Below, piece by piece: positions 1 through 10,317 of a DNA stretch of 64,000 nucleotides. This DNA comes from Neoconidiobolus thromboides FSU 785 (lineage: Eukaryota; Fungi; Entomophthoromycota). The first letter of the stretch is position 1. The number at the start of each line of letters is the position of its first letter. The notes under the pieces are model-generated. The model saw nothing but the letters and a program-made list of their open reading frames with translations. It did not search any database and had not been told where the DNA came from. A program made the position numbers and the translations under genes. Location: positions 98,232 through 162,231 of the forward strand of contig MU626282.1 in NCBI GenBank assembly GCA_025603075.1, written 5' to 3'.

Positions 1-367
1 ATTGGAAAACAGAAAGAAAGAAAAAGAAGAAAAGATGATAGAGCTCGAGAAACAAGAAATAGAATCTATCTGGAAGCCAGAGCCTGTCGATGAGGTTGTA
101 AGATATTCTATTTTTGTCAAACCTCCAAAAGGAGAAGTTATAAAGTTTAAAATGAATTTAGTAAGTAAGATAGGTTTATTAATATTATAACTAATAAGCA
201 ATTAGGAATCTACAATTCAAACTCTTTTAGATAATGTGAAACAAAAATTAAATAGTGGAGAAGCAAAAATGAAGCTAGAGTTTGATGGAATACTATTAGA
301 TCCTACATTAAAGTTAAAAGAAACCGAGCTAGAAAACGAAGATATGGTTAATCTATGGATTGAGTAA
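1..367 (+). CDS. 3' part of a Rad60/Esc2-like SUMO-like-domain protein (5' truncated by window)
   Basis: ORF 2..160 joined over a GT-AG intron (161-205) to exon ESTIQTLLDNVKQKLNSGEAKMKLEFDGILLDPTLKLKETELENEDMVNLWIE*. The L-x-FDG...ELE-x-ED pattern is typical of Rad60-type SUMO-like domains. Confidence 0.65.
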
Positions 368-423
368 AAATAACCATGAAAAAATAAACTTAATTAGTAA
401 TGCCCTTTAAATAACAGCTTTAT

Positions 424-1278
424 TTATTTGCGAGAATGTTGGCTTAATTTTAAGTTTCTTATTTTAATCAAATTCTGATGAATTTTAGCTTTAAGCTTCT
501 CTTTAACTTTAGCTAACTTTTCAAATTCTTCTTGTTCAGCTTGTTCACCTTGATAATTACAAATGAATATAAACACTTTTATAGAAATATGTCTTACTAT
601 ATGGCTGTGCTGGTGTTTTTTTGGCGGGCAGCGTAATCGTAGGCTGCTTTAAATAAGTTTGATAAAAAGCTTCATAGGGTTCGTTGAAAACCTTAAAAAT
701 TAAAGTTTAAATAAGATCAAAGCAGATGTTAAGCAATGTTACCAGCTCATCGTAGTGAAAAGAGTGTACAACCTTACCTCTACTCCATGTTGTATTTGAA
801 ACATCATCCAATGGATACAATCTAAGGTTATGATAAAGCGTAATTAACTTTTCGTTACAGGCTAATGTAAACAATAATTTAATCACAATCTCAAACTCTC
901 CCCACCCCGTTTCAGTAACTTCAAAAGGGTATTTTTCAACTGAGCGATTATTATTATCGTAAGTGTCATGTAACCTGAAGGTAACCCTTCTTAGCATAAA
1001 ACTTAAATCTTCTCCATTAACACCACGGACAAATACAGTCCAACGATGTGTATGGTTTTCCGGTGCTTCTGACTTTTCTTTTGCTGATAATGGGATCGCC
1101 TGGCTTCCATATACAAATGGTATGTAAAAACATACATCCTAATTTGAGGTATTTAATGTTTAGTATCCTTTTCTTTTGGTTTATGATGTCTGCTACCTTT
1201 GCTCTTCTTCCACTCTATTAATAATAAATATTTTACTAAATTATTTTTATTTTTTTACCATTACTTGGATTGATTCAT
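424..1278 (-). CDS. YAF9: YEATS-domain protein (Yaf9/GAS41), multi-exon
   Basis: PFVYGSQA...HTHRWTVFVRG...VTFRLHDTY...YPFEVTETGWGEFEI YEATS motifs, and a C-terminal coiled-coil exon ending TAA at 424. The two short 5' exons are inferred. Confidence 0.88.
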
Positions 1279-1370
1279 TGAAATTAATTTTTATCGTTTG
1301 CATTTTAAGAGCACCCTTTTATTTTTTGGGCAAAGTTCGATTGTACAATAATTTTGGAAAAAACGCTAAA

Positions 1371-1462
1371 TATAAGGTGTTTTTTTGGTTTCATCACTTT
1401 CCATTTTCTAATCATTACTTAAGTAGGAAAGCTGTAAGATTTTTAAAAAATAGATCCCAATA
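1371..1462 (+). mobile_element. MITE-like hairpin element, degenerate copy
   Basis: GGTGTTTTTTTGGTTTCATCACTTTCC...GATCCCAATA matches the family consensus. Confidence 0.6.
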
Positions 1463-1536
1463 TGAGTATGTCCAAATTAATTTTATTTTTAAAAACCCTA
1501 CCTAAATTCTATAAAAATAAATTCTTTATTAAACTA

Positions 1537-1632
1537 AGTGGGGGTGTTTTTTTTGGCTTCATTACTTTTTTCATCTTTTAGATCCTATTTGAATGGGAAA
1601 GTTATTAGTAAAATTAAAAATACATCTCCAAG
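1537..1632 (+). mobile_element. MITE-like hairpin element
   Basis: GGGGGTGTTTTTTTTGGCTTCATTAC...TACATCTCCA. Confidence 0.75.
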
Positions 1633-1798
1633 TACTTAACATAGTTTTAGGTTATTTTATTATAAGTTATATTATAAATTAGCAGAATTTTTACTAAATT
1701 TAATAAAAATCCTTGGATTAACAAGACTTTTATTAGTATATTAAGTTAATAAATAGCTGCATAAGAGGGGGAGTAATTAACTTTTGTAAAAGTTAGTA

Positions 1799-1902
1799 TT
1801 TGGTGATATGTTTTTATATTTAAGAATTTTACTAACAATTTTTCCACTCAAATAGTGCTTAAAAGACAGAAAAAGTGATGAAGCCAAAAAAACATCCCCA
1901 TT
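1799..1902 (-). mobile_element. MITE-like hairpin element
   Basis: Reverse orientation; TTTTTCCACTCAAATAGTGCTTAAAAG core; ends ACATCCCCAT. Confidence 0.8.
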
Positions 1903-1979
1903 TAGTAATTAGAGTTAAAGGCAGCTTTTGCTTAATTAACTAGTTATAAGTTAAAAAGACTTAAATTATAAAGATAACA

Positions 1980-2084
1980 TATGGGGGTGTATTTTTGTGT
2001 TTAAAAACTTTATCAATAATTTTTCCACTCAAATAGTGCTTGAAAAATGGAAAAAGCAATGAAGCCAAAAAAACCACCCCCATA
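1980..2084 (-). mobile_element. MITE-like hairpin element
   Basis: TATGGGGGTGT...CACCCCCATA termini with the conserved core. Confidence 0.85.
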
Positions 2085-2151
2085 TAATAACATTAATAAA
2101 AGTTACAAGACAAAGTAATATATAATATACTTTAATAAAATAAACTTAAAG

Positions 2152-2565
2152 TTAATAATAGTTTGACTTTTGGATATAAAAAGGCATCAGCTCAAGAGCA
2201 ATCCCACGAGCAGCTATCATACAGTGTTCTCTTTCATAAGGAGGTAAAAAAGTAGAGTGGTATTTACATAGTAAATAATATAACTCGTTAAATTTAAGGT
2301 ATTTAAACTGATATTTGGGATTCAGAGTGCAATTATACTTAAAAAAATTGGAATCTCTTATAAATTTTAATTTTTCTAAAAGAGCACTGGTATCAGTTCT
2401 TCCCATCACACTACGTTGATGATTTACTTGTACTTGAACATTGTGTAAACTATTTACTTCTTCTTCCTCTTCCTCTTCTTCAGTTTGAAATGGATCCAAG
2501 ATGTTAAATTTCTTTTCACCTCTTGATCTGATAAAGCTATTGTCTTGAGCTAAATGGTAATTCAT
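2152..2565 (-). CDS. hypothetical protein with a poly-Glu tract
   Basis: Open frame of about 137 codons with higher GC than the flanks. Non-random C-terminal segment (HSTFLPPYEREHCMIAARGIALELMPFY). Start uncertain; a possible upstream GT-AG intron exists. Confidence 0.5.
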   Translation of the reverse strand: MNYHLAQDNSFIRSRGEKKFNILDPFQTEEEEEEEEVNSLHNVQVQVNHQRSVMGRTDTSALLEKLKFIRDSNFFKYNCTLNPKYQFKYLKFNELYYLLCKYHSTFLPPYEREHCMIAARGIALELMPFYIQKSNYY

Positions 2566-2736
2566 TATCAAAAACCATTATTATAAATCCTTACTAATGT
2601 ATTTATAGTTTTATTTACTACGTAATCTAAACTTGTATTTTTATGAAATGACTGTTTTTATGGTAAACCAATTAGAGAAAGGTATCATTTAAAGTAAATT
2701 AGATTTAAAAAAATTTAAAAAATTTGCATTTTTATA

Positions 2737-3381
2737 ATGGATAAACGTGCGAAATTAGAAGCCTTAGCAAAGAAGAAGAGAGAAGAAAGGGAAGAGGCCG
2801 AAAGAGCTAAAAAACGAACTAAACAAGCCAAACAAATTGAAAGTAAGAATAAAAAACAATAAAGTAAACTGATTCATAAATTTTTAGGAAGTAAACCAAT
2901 AGTCAAAAAGCCTGAAAAAAGTGACTATAAAGTAACAGAAAGGCCAAGTGGTAAGTGTTATTATATTCTAAGTGATAAATTTTAAATTCGACCAGGTATA
3001 AAAAGGCCTACCCCAATACCCAAAAATAGAGTATTTGAAAGGGTAAAACCAAACTCAGAAACTCTACAAAAGCCATTATTTGGGAGACAGAATGAAGACA
3101 CATATGACGAAGGAGATGGGTTTGTAGTTGACAGTGAAGACGAAGAGGGAGAAGAGGAAGATGATTTCAGCGAAGAAAGTGAAGAGTCACCAAGACCAAA
3201 AAAGAAGGGCAAAAAAGTTAAAGAGGTAGCTAAAAAGAAAAAAAAGAGTCGACATTCCGACAGTGATGAAGGCTCAGATAATATCGATGAAGAAATCACG
3301 CTAGAGGATGAGTTAGAGGATTTAGATACCTCTGTAATTATTAAATCTGGGCCTGGTAGACGTACTCGCTCATCAAGATAA
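2737..3381 (+). CDS. Lys/Glu/Asp-rich nuclear protein with a C-terminal CHZ-like (H2A.Z chaperone) motif
   Basis: Three exons from MDKRAKLEALAKKKREE. C-terminus EDELEDLDTSVIIKSGPGRRTRSSR* resembles the CHZ motif (DL-x-EIDTSNII-x-SGRRTR). Confidence 0.6.
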
Positions 3382-4047
3382 GTCTCCTAATCTATTTTTT
3401 AGTTCCGAACCAATTTAAAAGTTTAGGCAAAATAAGTATGTTTTTATTTTTATATTTTATATTTTTTATATTATAAATGTCTTGTAAGGATCGAGTACAA
3501 GTAGTTTGACTAAATCATTAAGATTCATTATTAATGCTTGAAAATGTTAAATAAAAATTAATTATAGATAAACTAGAATAATTCTAAATCAAAAATCAAA
3601 ATTTATAGTAAAAGATAAAATATAATGAAAGATGTTAGAATAAGACAATATCAAATATAAATGTAAAGTATGAATATACATTTATTGAAAAAAGTACCAA
3701 TATTTTATAATGAAAAATTATTATAAAATTTAAAATAGATGTATTGTGTGGTAATTTTAAACACAAGTATTTTTGTCACTATTTAGATATTGCAACTTTG
3801 TTATAATTCAATAAACTGTTCTATATTTAGAGTTTTTTACTAAATAAAAAATTGTTTAACTATTTTAGAAATCATATTATTCAGATGATTCCGTATATGA
3901 AGACATACTTAATATAATATCACTATTATTGTATTTTAAAAAATTAACTAATTATGCAGATTTTGCATATTGTTCCTTATGGTTTTAGAATAATACTTAA
4001 ACTAGGAGTTTATAAGAATATTTTTTTAAAAAATTCACTCAGAGAGA

Positions 4048-4130
4048 TGATCAGGATGGGATTCGAACCCACGCCTCCGAAGAGACCGCGGCCTTAACAC
4101 GGCGCCTTAGACCAACTCGGCCACCTGATC
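4048..4130 (-). tRNA. tRNA-Leu(AAG)
   Basis: GATCAGG/CCTGATC acceptor stem, TGGCCGAGTTGGTCTAAGGC D-arm, anticodon stem CCGTG-TTAAGGC-CGCGG, long variable arm, GGTTCGAATCC T-arm, downstream T-run. Confidence 0.96.
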
Positions 4131-4912
4131 TTCTTGCTAATTTAACATTGTCAATTATTTATTAATTTATTTTTTGCGATCTTATCAAATCTATTGATTA
4201 ACATCGAAGTAAAACTGGTTGTATTTGAATATCATTATTGCTTTAATTTATTATTGACTTTCTTTATGTGAATTTAATGATTTTAATAAATTTACTATCT
4301 TGACTTTACATAAGACATCAGCATTAAATTTAAATAGACACAAAAATTATTTCTACCAATTTTATAAAAATAGTTTAATTTATTAAAGATACTCAATCTC
4401 AAATGTATACTGTATACCAAGTATTTATAATTGGCAGTTAGTATTATTACACTGATCCGAACTTTGATACTTAAATTTTAATTATTAAACGAACAGTTGA
4501 ATTTATTCATCTGTAAGTTTAATTTTTAATCTACTCCTTTTATCATCTGATTTTAAGCTTGAACAGTTAGAATTGTCGGAATTAAGCTAGTTTCCGAAGC
4601 TTATAAGCATCCCACTGACCCACGTACTTTTAACAGTGAACATAATATATTTATTAGAATTAGAATCAGAATAGAGTATATAAGTAAAATAACTAATTTA
4701 CTTCATTATTTGTTTACTATTTAAAATAAATTTACATTATAAAAATGGTATTTAAGCTATAAATAGCCTTTTTAAAATAATAAAATAAATGGCTAATACC
4801 AAGAGATAGTGCCAAGAGTAAATATCATCCATTAATACATGATATATATACCTTAGAAATAAACAAGCTGCCTAATTATAATATTCGAGTAACAACACAA
4901 TTATAGTCTCAT

Positions 4913-5512
4913 ATGAAATTCTTTAACACAATTGTTTTATTAACCAGCGGCATCTATTGCTCCAAAGAAGTCTATGATGGGGACTTTAATCAGCCATTGC
5001 CTCCTAGACTCTATGGGAAATTTTCTGCTAATTACATGCAACATAAGTGGAATAGTATCAATATGAGCCATGTGTCTGCTGGGATGATTTATCATTCTTA
5101 CAACGATAAAAAAATCCGAGTTGACGGTGCTAATGAAGGAGGGGTATTGATGAGCTCATCCTTTGATTTTGCTAATGTTACTAATGAAGGCGTTAGTAAT
5201 CGAATTGTGGAATTAGGAAAGAAAGATGATCAATACTATCGTATTCCAATTCCAGCTTTTCCATTAGTTGATCCATCGTTACTTATCACTAATAATGCAA
5301 TATTTACAGGCTATGGTATGGATGAGTTGTACGGAAAAGTTGAACAATGGAATGTGATTAAGAACAACCTTAATGTCCAATTTTTTATTAAAGATAAAAA
5401 ATTTATACGTTATGACTTTTGGTCAGAATACAATCGCACTTACACTACTACTCGATTCTTTAATATTAAGTATGACGTACCTTCAAGCATCTTTAAATAT
5501 GATACAAATTAA
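4913..5512 (+). CDS. intronless secreted protein of unknown function (possible LolA/ependymin-like beta fold)
   Basis: 199-aa ORF with an N-terminal signal peptide (MKFFNTIVLLTSGIYC), N-glycosylation sequons and alternating beta-strand patterns. Confidence 0.75.
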   Translation: MKFFNTIVLLTSGIYCSKEVYDGDFNQPLPPRLYGKFSANYMQHKWNSINMSHVSAGMIYHSYNDKKIRVDGANEGGVLMSSSFDFANVTNEGVSNRIVELGKKDDQYYRIPIPAFPLVDPSLLITNNAIFTGYGMDELYGKVEQWNVIKNNLNVQFFIKDKKFIRYDFWSEYNRTYTTTRFFNIKYDVPSSIFKYDTN

Positions 5513-5799
5513 CAAAACCACTAATTAGATGTTGGTTTATTTTACTATCTTAGATTTATCATTTTATAATTAAACCACATATATAGCACTTTCAACCGAT
5601 TATAACTATCTCAAAAAAATATTTGAACAAGCTGTCATAAAAAATTTCAATAATAAATATTAGGAAAATATAATATATATATTTATCATCAGTTTTTATA
5701 ATTAAATGCGAATAATTTCTATTACTTTATTCTATATTTTGTTTTTTAATTATTATTGAAAAAATTTAGCTTATTCAAATTTTTAGAGAATTGTAAAAT

Positions 5800-5881
5800 T
5801 ATGGCGTTTTTTTGCTAATATTTTTTCCGCTCAAACAGTTTAAAAGATGGAAAAAGTAATGAAGCCAAAAAAACACCCTTA
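5800..5881 (-). mobile_element. MITE-like hairpin element, internally deleted
   Basis: TTTTTTCCGCTCAAACAG...GATGGAAAAAGTAATGAAGCCAAAAAAACACCC. Confidence 0.7.
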
Positions 5882-6230
5882 TTTGTTAAAAATTTTGCAC
5901 TAAATAATCGAAATCAAGTTTGACAGATTTTCATTAAACTTTATAAGCAAGGATCACTTTTTTGATTATGTAACTTTTAATATAATACCCTATTCTAAGT
6001 ATTTAAACAAATTAACAGCTTTAATATATTTGATAAATGATAGTATTTTTTATTTGTATTAAACCAGATTGAGTTTTCCTAAATTTAAATAGTCTTTTAA
6101 GCTTTTTTTAAATATATTGTATAACTAAAAACTAACTTTACATACATTTGATAATAACTAGCTTATTTAAATAACATAATTCAAACTTATGTACAGTTAT
6201 ATAGAGCTGTGCCATAATAAAAATAAAAAT

Positions 6231-6368
6231 AATGAGGATGTTCAAATTGGTTTTATTTTTCTATATAATTTTTAAACATTTTATATTTTGAAAATTACTC
6301 CAAGTTCTATAAAAATAAGCCTTTTAGTAAAAACTGGAAATACTTAAACACAAAAATACACCCCCATA
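6231..6368 (+). mobile_element. MITE-like element, degenerate (3' half clear)
   Basis: TAGTAAAA...CTTAAACACAAAAATACACCCCCATA right end. The left end is only weakly recognisable. Confidence 0.55.
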
Positions 6369-6455
6369 TGTTAAGGATTTTCCTAACAATTCTTTCTTCT
6401 GCTCAAATAGTGATTAAAAGATGGAAAAAGTGATGAAGCCAAAAACATCCCCCGT
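6367..6455 (-). mobile_element. MITE-like hairpin element abutting the previous copy
   Basis: CTCAAATAGTGATTAAAAGATGGAAAAAGTGATGAAGCCAAAAACATCCCCCG. Confidence 0.72.
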
Positions 6456-7429
6456 GTTCTAAATTATTTTATCAAATTTAATAAAAATTCCTAAATTAAT
6501 AAGATTTCTATTAATATAACTTATATATTAATATTGATCAAAGTTGTGATATATAAATAAATAAACATTTTTATAAAACCTCGTTAAAAAATATTTACTT
6601 ACATACTACAACTTTAAAAGTTATATCAGTAAGTGCTCTGGTAATCCGGGAATTCCTATTAAATTTAATATAAATTATAATAAAGTAATTTAAAACTATG
6701 GTAAGTACTTTTATTTTTTAATAAAGCACTTATTTTTATAGAGTTTTAAGTAAAGTTTTTAGCACAAAATATTTAAAAATTGGATAAAAAATCAAATTCA
6801 GATGTTCTCATATACTATCAATTATAAAACCAATGACAAAATAGCTGAATAAAATTGCTGATCCTCTGTACTTTGCGTTATTTGCAAAAAGACTACATGG
6901 GATGGGCATTTCCACCAACAGCATTTAAGTCCATTTCCTTGCTACATCTTTCAGTTCTCACAGATCAATAAAAAAATATATTTTTTGTTTCAATATTTTG
7001 TCTATTTTATGTAGAAAAGATTGGTGACTTATTAGTTGAAAAAGAGATATTCTCATGTTATACATATATGATCTTTTCTATATTAATAATAAGTTGAATT
7101 ATGTATGCAGTTGAAATAAAAATTTATAAAAACTCTACTATCCAAGTTTTTATAATAACTGTATAAAGCTACCTTGATTTGCTAAGCTTCTATACAATAA
7201 TATTTATTTAATAACCCCATTTTGACCAACAACCCATTTAATCAGCTTTCTGCCTTATAAATCTAAGTTGGGATAATATTAAAGTGGTTCATTTAATTTT
7301 AAATAATTTATTGCAGTTGATGAGGAAGAGTATTATTATATTAGGAAAGTATATAATAAAATATAAGAAAAGAGTGTTTATTAATTTTATCGTTCTGTTT
7401 TATAAATATTATTGTATTGCGATTGCAAA

Positions 7430-8666
7430 ATGGAGATCTTTTCTTTAGTTGTTTCTTCACTGCAAGCATTTATACAAGTAGCCTGTGTTTCTCTGTTTGG
7501 CTTCATATTAACGAGAAGAGATATAATTGATAAAGCAATTCAAAGTAAGTTTCAATAATAAAGGTTTATTAGTATAACTTATTAACAGTCAAATTATAGG
7601 GATTATCAAAAATTAATGTACAGTTTTTTACCCCATGTTTATTATTTACCAAGATGGCATCAAATGCCACTTTGACTACACATTTAAGTATGTGGCCAAT
7701 CCCTACTATTTATTTCACCTTATTTTTAGTATGCTGGAGTATATCAAAGCTTGGCTCAAAGATTTTAGGTTTACCTGAGCCTATGCGCAAATTTGTTACT
7801 TTAGCTTCTATTACCCCGAGTGGTAACTCTTTACCAATATCTTTGATTTAAAGTGTAACTATTAGCTCCGTTGCCAACCATCTTCTTCGCAATGAAAACG
7901 ACACCTTAAAATAGATAGGGGGAGAGGAATTATGTATATTGTTTTATTTGTTGCAGTTTCTAATATTATAAGATGAAGTTATGGCATCACTTTAATTCAA
8001 AATCCAGAAAATAAAGCATGTGACACTATCGAAGATAGAAAAAATAACAACAGTATAGTTCATACTAAACCACCGCCTATAGTTAAGAGTAAACCTCAAA
8101 GTATTCCACTCTATCAGAGATTTGTAAGTTTTATTAGACCAGTATTCTCAAGTATTTATAACTTTTTTAATCCACCCTTAGTTGCAATTTTCGCTGCTTT
8201 ATTAGTCGGGTCTATTCCTCAGCTTAAAGGATTATTATATGGTCCATCACCTATATTCGGAGCAGTTGCTAAAGCTTTAGAGGCATGTGGTGGGGCTGCT
8301 ATTCCTATTGTTCTTATCAGGCTAGGATCTAATATATTTATGTTACTACAAGGATCTAAAAGTGTAAACATCCGAGTTGTAGGTTTAATTATTACAATTC
8401 GATTTTTGTTGGGGCCATTGGTAGTCATAGGTTTACTTGTTTTAGCAAAACCATAGTTCTACTTGGGTCATGGCCCAGTGTTCATATTAGCTATGATGAT
8501 AGTAGTATCTACCCCAACAGCTATCAACTTATTGAATATTTGTCAATCTGTTAACAAGTTCGAAGAAATGTCTATACTACTTTTGTACTCATACATACTC
8601 TGTCTTCCTATCATGACTTTATTGGTTACACTTTATTTATGTATCATTCAAATTTTACAGTTTTAA
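7430..8666 (+). pseudogene. auxin efflux carrier / PILS-like membrane transporter pseudogene
   Basis: Motifs FFTPCLLF, GNSLPISLI, IR(W)SYG, FNPPLVAIF, AIPIVL-x-x-LGSN and PTAINL. Interrupted by TAA 7849, TAG 7912, TGA 7974, TAG 8454 and a frameshift in the G-run near 7918-7922. Confidence 0.85.
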
Positions 8667-8951
8667 TAATCATAACAATTTTTCATTTTACTTATATTAA
8701 ATTTATAGTAAATTATTATTATAAACGCTATATTTTTGATTAAATTTGATATTTTCATTTTTTACCATTATTTTGTAGTTATTACCAAAGCATAAAATTT
8801 GAAATTGTTAGTTTAATCAAGTAAAAACATGCCTATAAATTTTACTACCAGCTTGATAGGCTAAATTTTTTGAGAAATAAAAATTAGAATGAAGCTTTCA
8901 GTTTCACCAACTTTCATTTTCTATCTTTTTGACAAATAAATTAAACAAACT

Positions 8952-9599
8952 ATGATCATACAAGGCGCAAACGCGTATTGGAACAAAGTACTAAGCTCAA
9001 ATCAGGAAGACATCAAAGATTTTACTCAATTATTGAGTCGAATGCATGCTGCAAGGAAAGAAGTTGAAAGGAATGTAGATGCTTATATTCAAAAAAAAGA
9101 TGTTAAACAGCAATTTAAAGGAGAGAAGGCTGTTAACTCAACGATGATTACTAACAATAAAAACAGGTAAGTGTTGAACTTCATATATCCATGTAACAAT
9201 GCATTAATTTATTTCATTAGTTTTGGTCTAGGAATGACTTTAGAAGAATTCAAGAAGAGAAAGACAACTCAAAATAATGCTAAAGCTCAAGTTGAACAAG
9301 AAAAATTGAATAATTTAAAACGAATTGTTGAAGACAAAGAAGATAGTAAATATAACAACCCAAAAAACGAAACTTTAAAGCCTAACGGTACACCTATAAT
9401 CAATAATAAAAAGAACAAATGGAAAAAGTCGGTTAACGATGGAAGAGAGCTACAAGAGTTTTACTTTAGTAATACAAATCAACATAACAGTAAAGCAGAT
9501 TCGGATGGAAGATATGTGAGAGTAAAAGCAAATAAGAAAAAGAAAAAGGCAAATGGTGTTAACAGTACTAGCCAAGTAACAGAACAAACTAATTTATAA
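8952..9599 (+). CDS. hypothetical Lys/Asn-rich protein, two exons
   Basis: ORF 8952 joined over intron 9167-9220 (gtaagt..cattag) to SFGLGMTLEEFKKRK...TNL*. No recognised domain. Confidence 0.65.
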
Positions 9600-9722
9600 T
9601 ATAATATAATAAACATATTTTTTTAATATATATTTTCCAACTTTACTAAAATACTAATAGTTCAAAAGATTTTAATAATAAAATTTAAATTAAATAATTA
9701 TTATTTTTATTTGCAAAATAAC

Positions 9723-10317
9723 TTAGTAGAAATAACCAAGAATTTTACCACCAGTGTGCTTACGACGAGCTTCTTCGTGGTCCATAATACCGGCAGAAGT
9801 AGTAAGTACAATATAACCTACGGAACGAGAAGGAAGTAAATCAGTAATCCATTTTTCAATTTCGGTGATTTGAATGTTGAAACGTGGGGAAATAACACCA
9901 CATTTGTTAAGACGGCCATTAAGTTGGATAACTAATTTACCGGAACGATGGTCATCGATCTCTTCGAATTCCTCAATGTAACCTAAATTATGAATTAATA
10001 TTTGTCATCTAATAAAAATTGTGTAATTTAAAACTAATATAAAAACTACAAATATTCTCACTAGAATATTAATTTACCAAAGGCTAAAAGAAAAAGTAGG
10101 TGGAAACCTCTTATCATAAAGATAAAAGAATTACTTTCTCCAGTTATGCTTTGGCTGAACTTGATTAAGTAAATAAAAACTTACCATGCTTTTGCATAAC
10201 GGTTAAGAATTTGATAATAACCTTGGAGGTTGGACGAACGAGAACTTGACGTTTTCCTTTCTTTTCAGCATTGCTGATAGATTTAAGACAATCGTGTAAT
10301 ACGGAAATTCTGACCAT
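9723..10317 (-). CDS. RPS22: 40S ribosomal protein uS8 (S22/S15a)
   Basis: [38 protein letters not shown]...[16 protein letters not shown]...[18 protein letters not shown]. One 202-nt intron at 9983-10184. Confidence 0.97.
10000..10159 (-). ncRNA. intronic box H/ACA snoRNA, probable snR44 orthologue
   Basis: Two hairpins with internal pockets, an H box AAATTA (10075-10070) and ACA (10005-10003). Pocket 1 strands AUAACU and UUUAG complement the SSU rRNA segment UUAAA-U-C-AGUUAU. Confidence 0.8.

Noticed and set aside
1176-1505. 109-aa ORF on the + strand
   Set aside because: It overlaps the YAF9 5' exons antisense and a MITE copy; low-complexity F/I/L/K composition.
2982-3299. Ser/Phe-rich minus-strand ORF
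   Set aside because: Antisense shadow of the Glu/Lys-rich exon of the CHZ-like gene.
7849-8456. Stop-codon reassignment or readthrough explaining the transporter's in-frame stops
   Set aside because: All three stop types occur together with a frameshift, and intact genes here terminate normally at TAA, TAG (rpiB) and TGA (chitinase).
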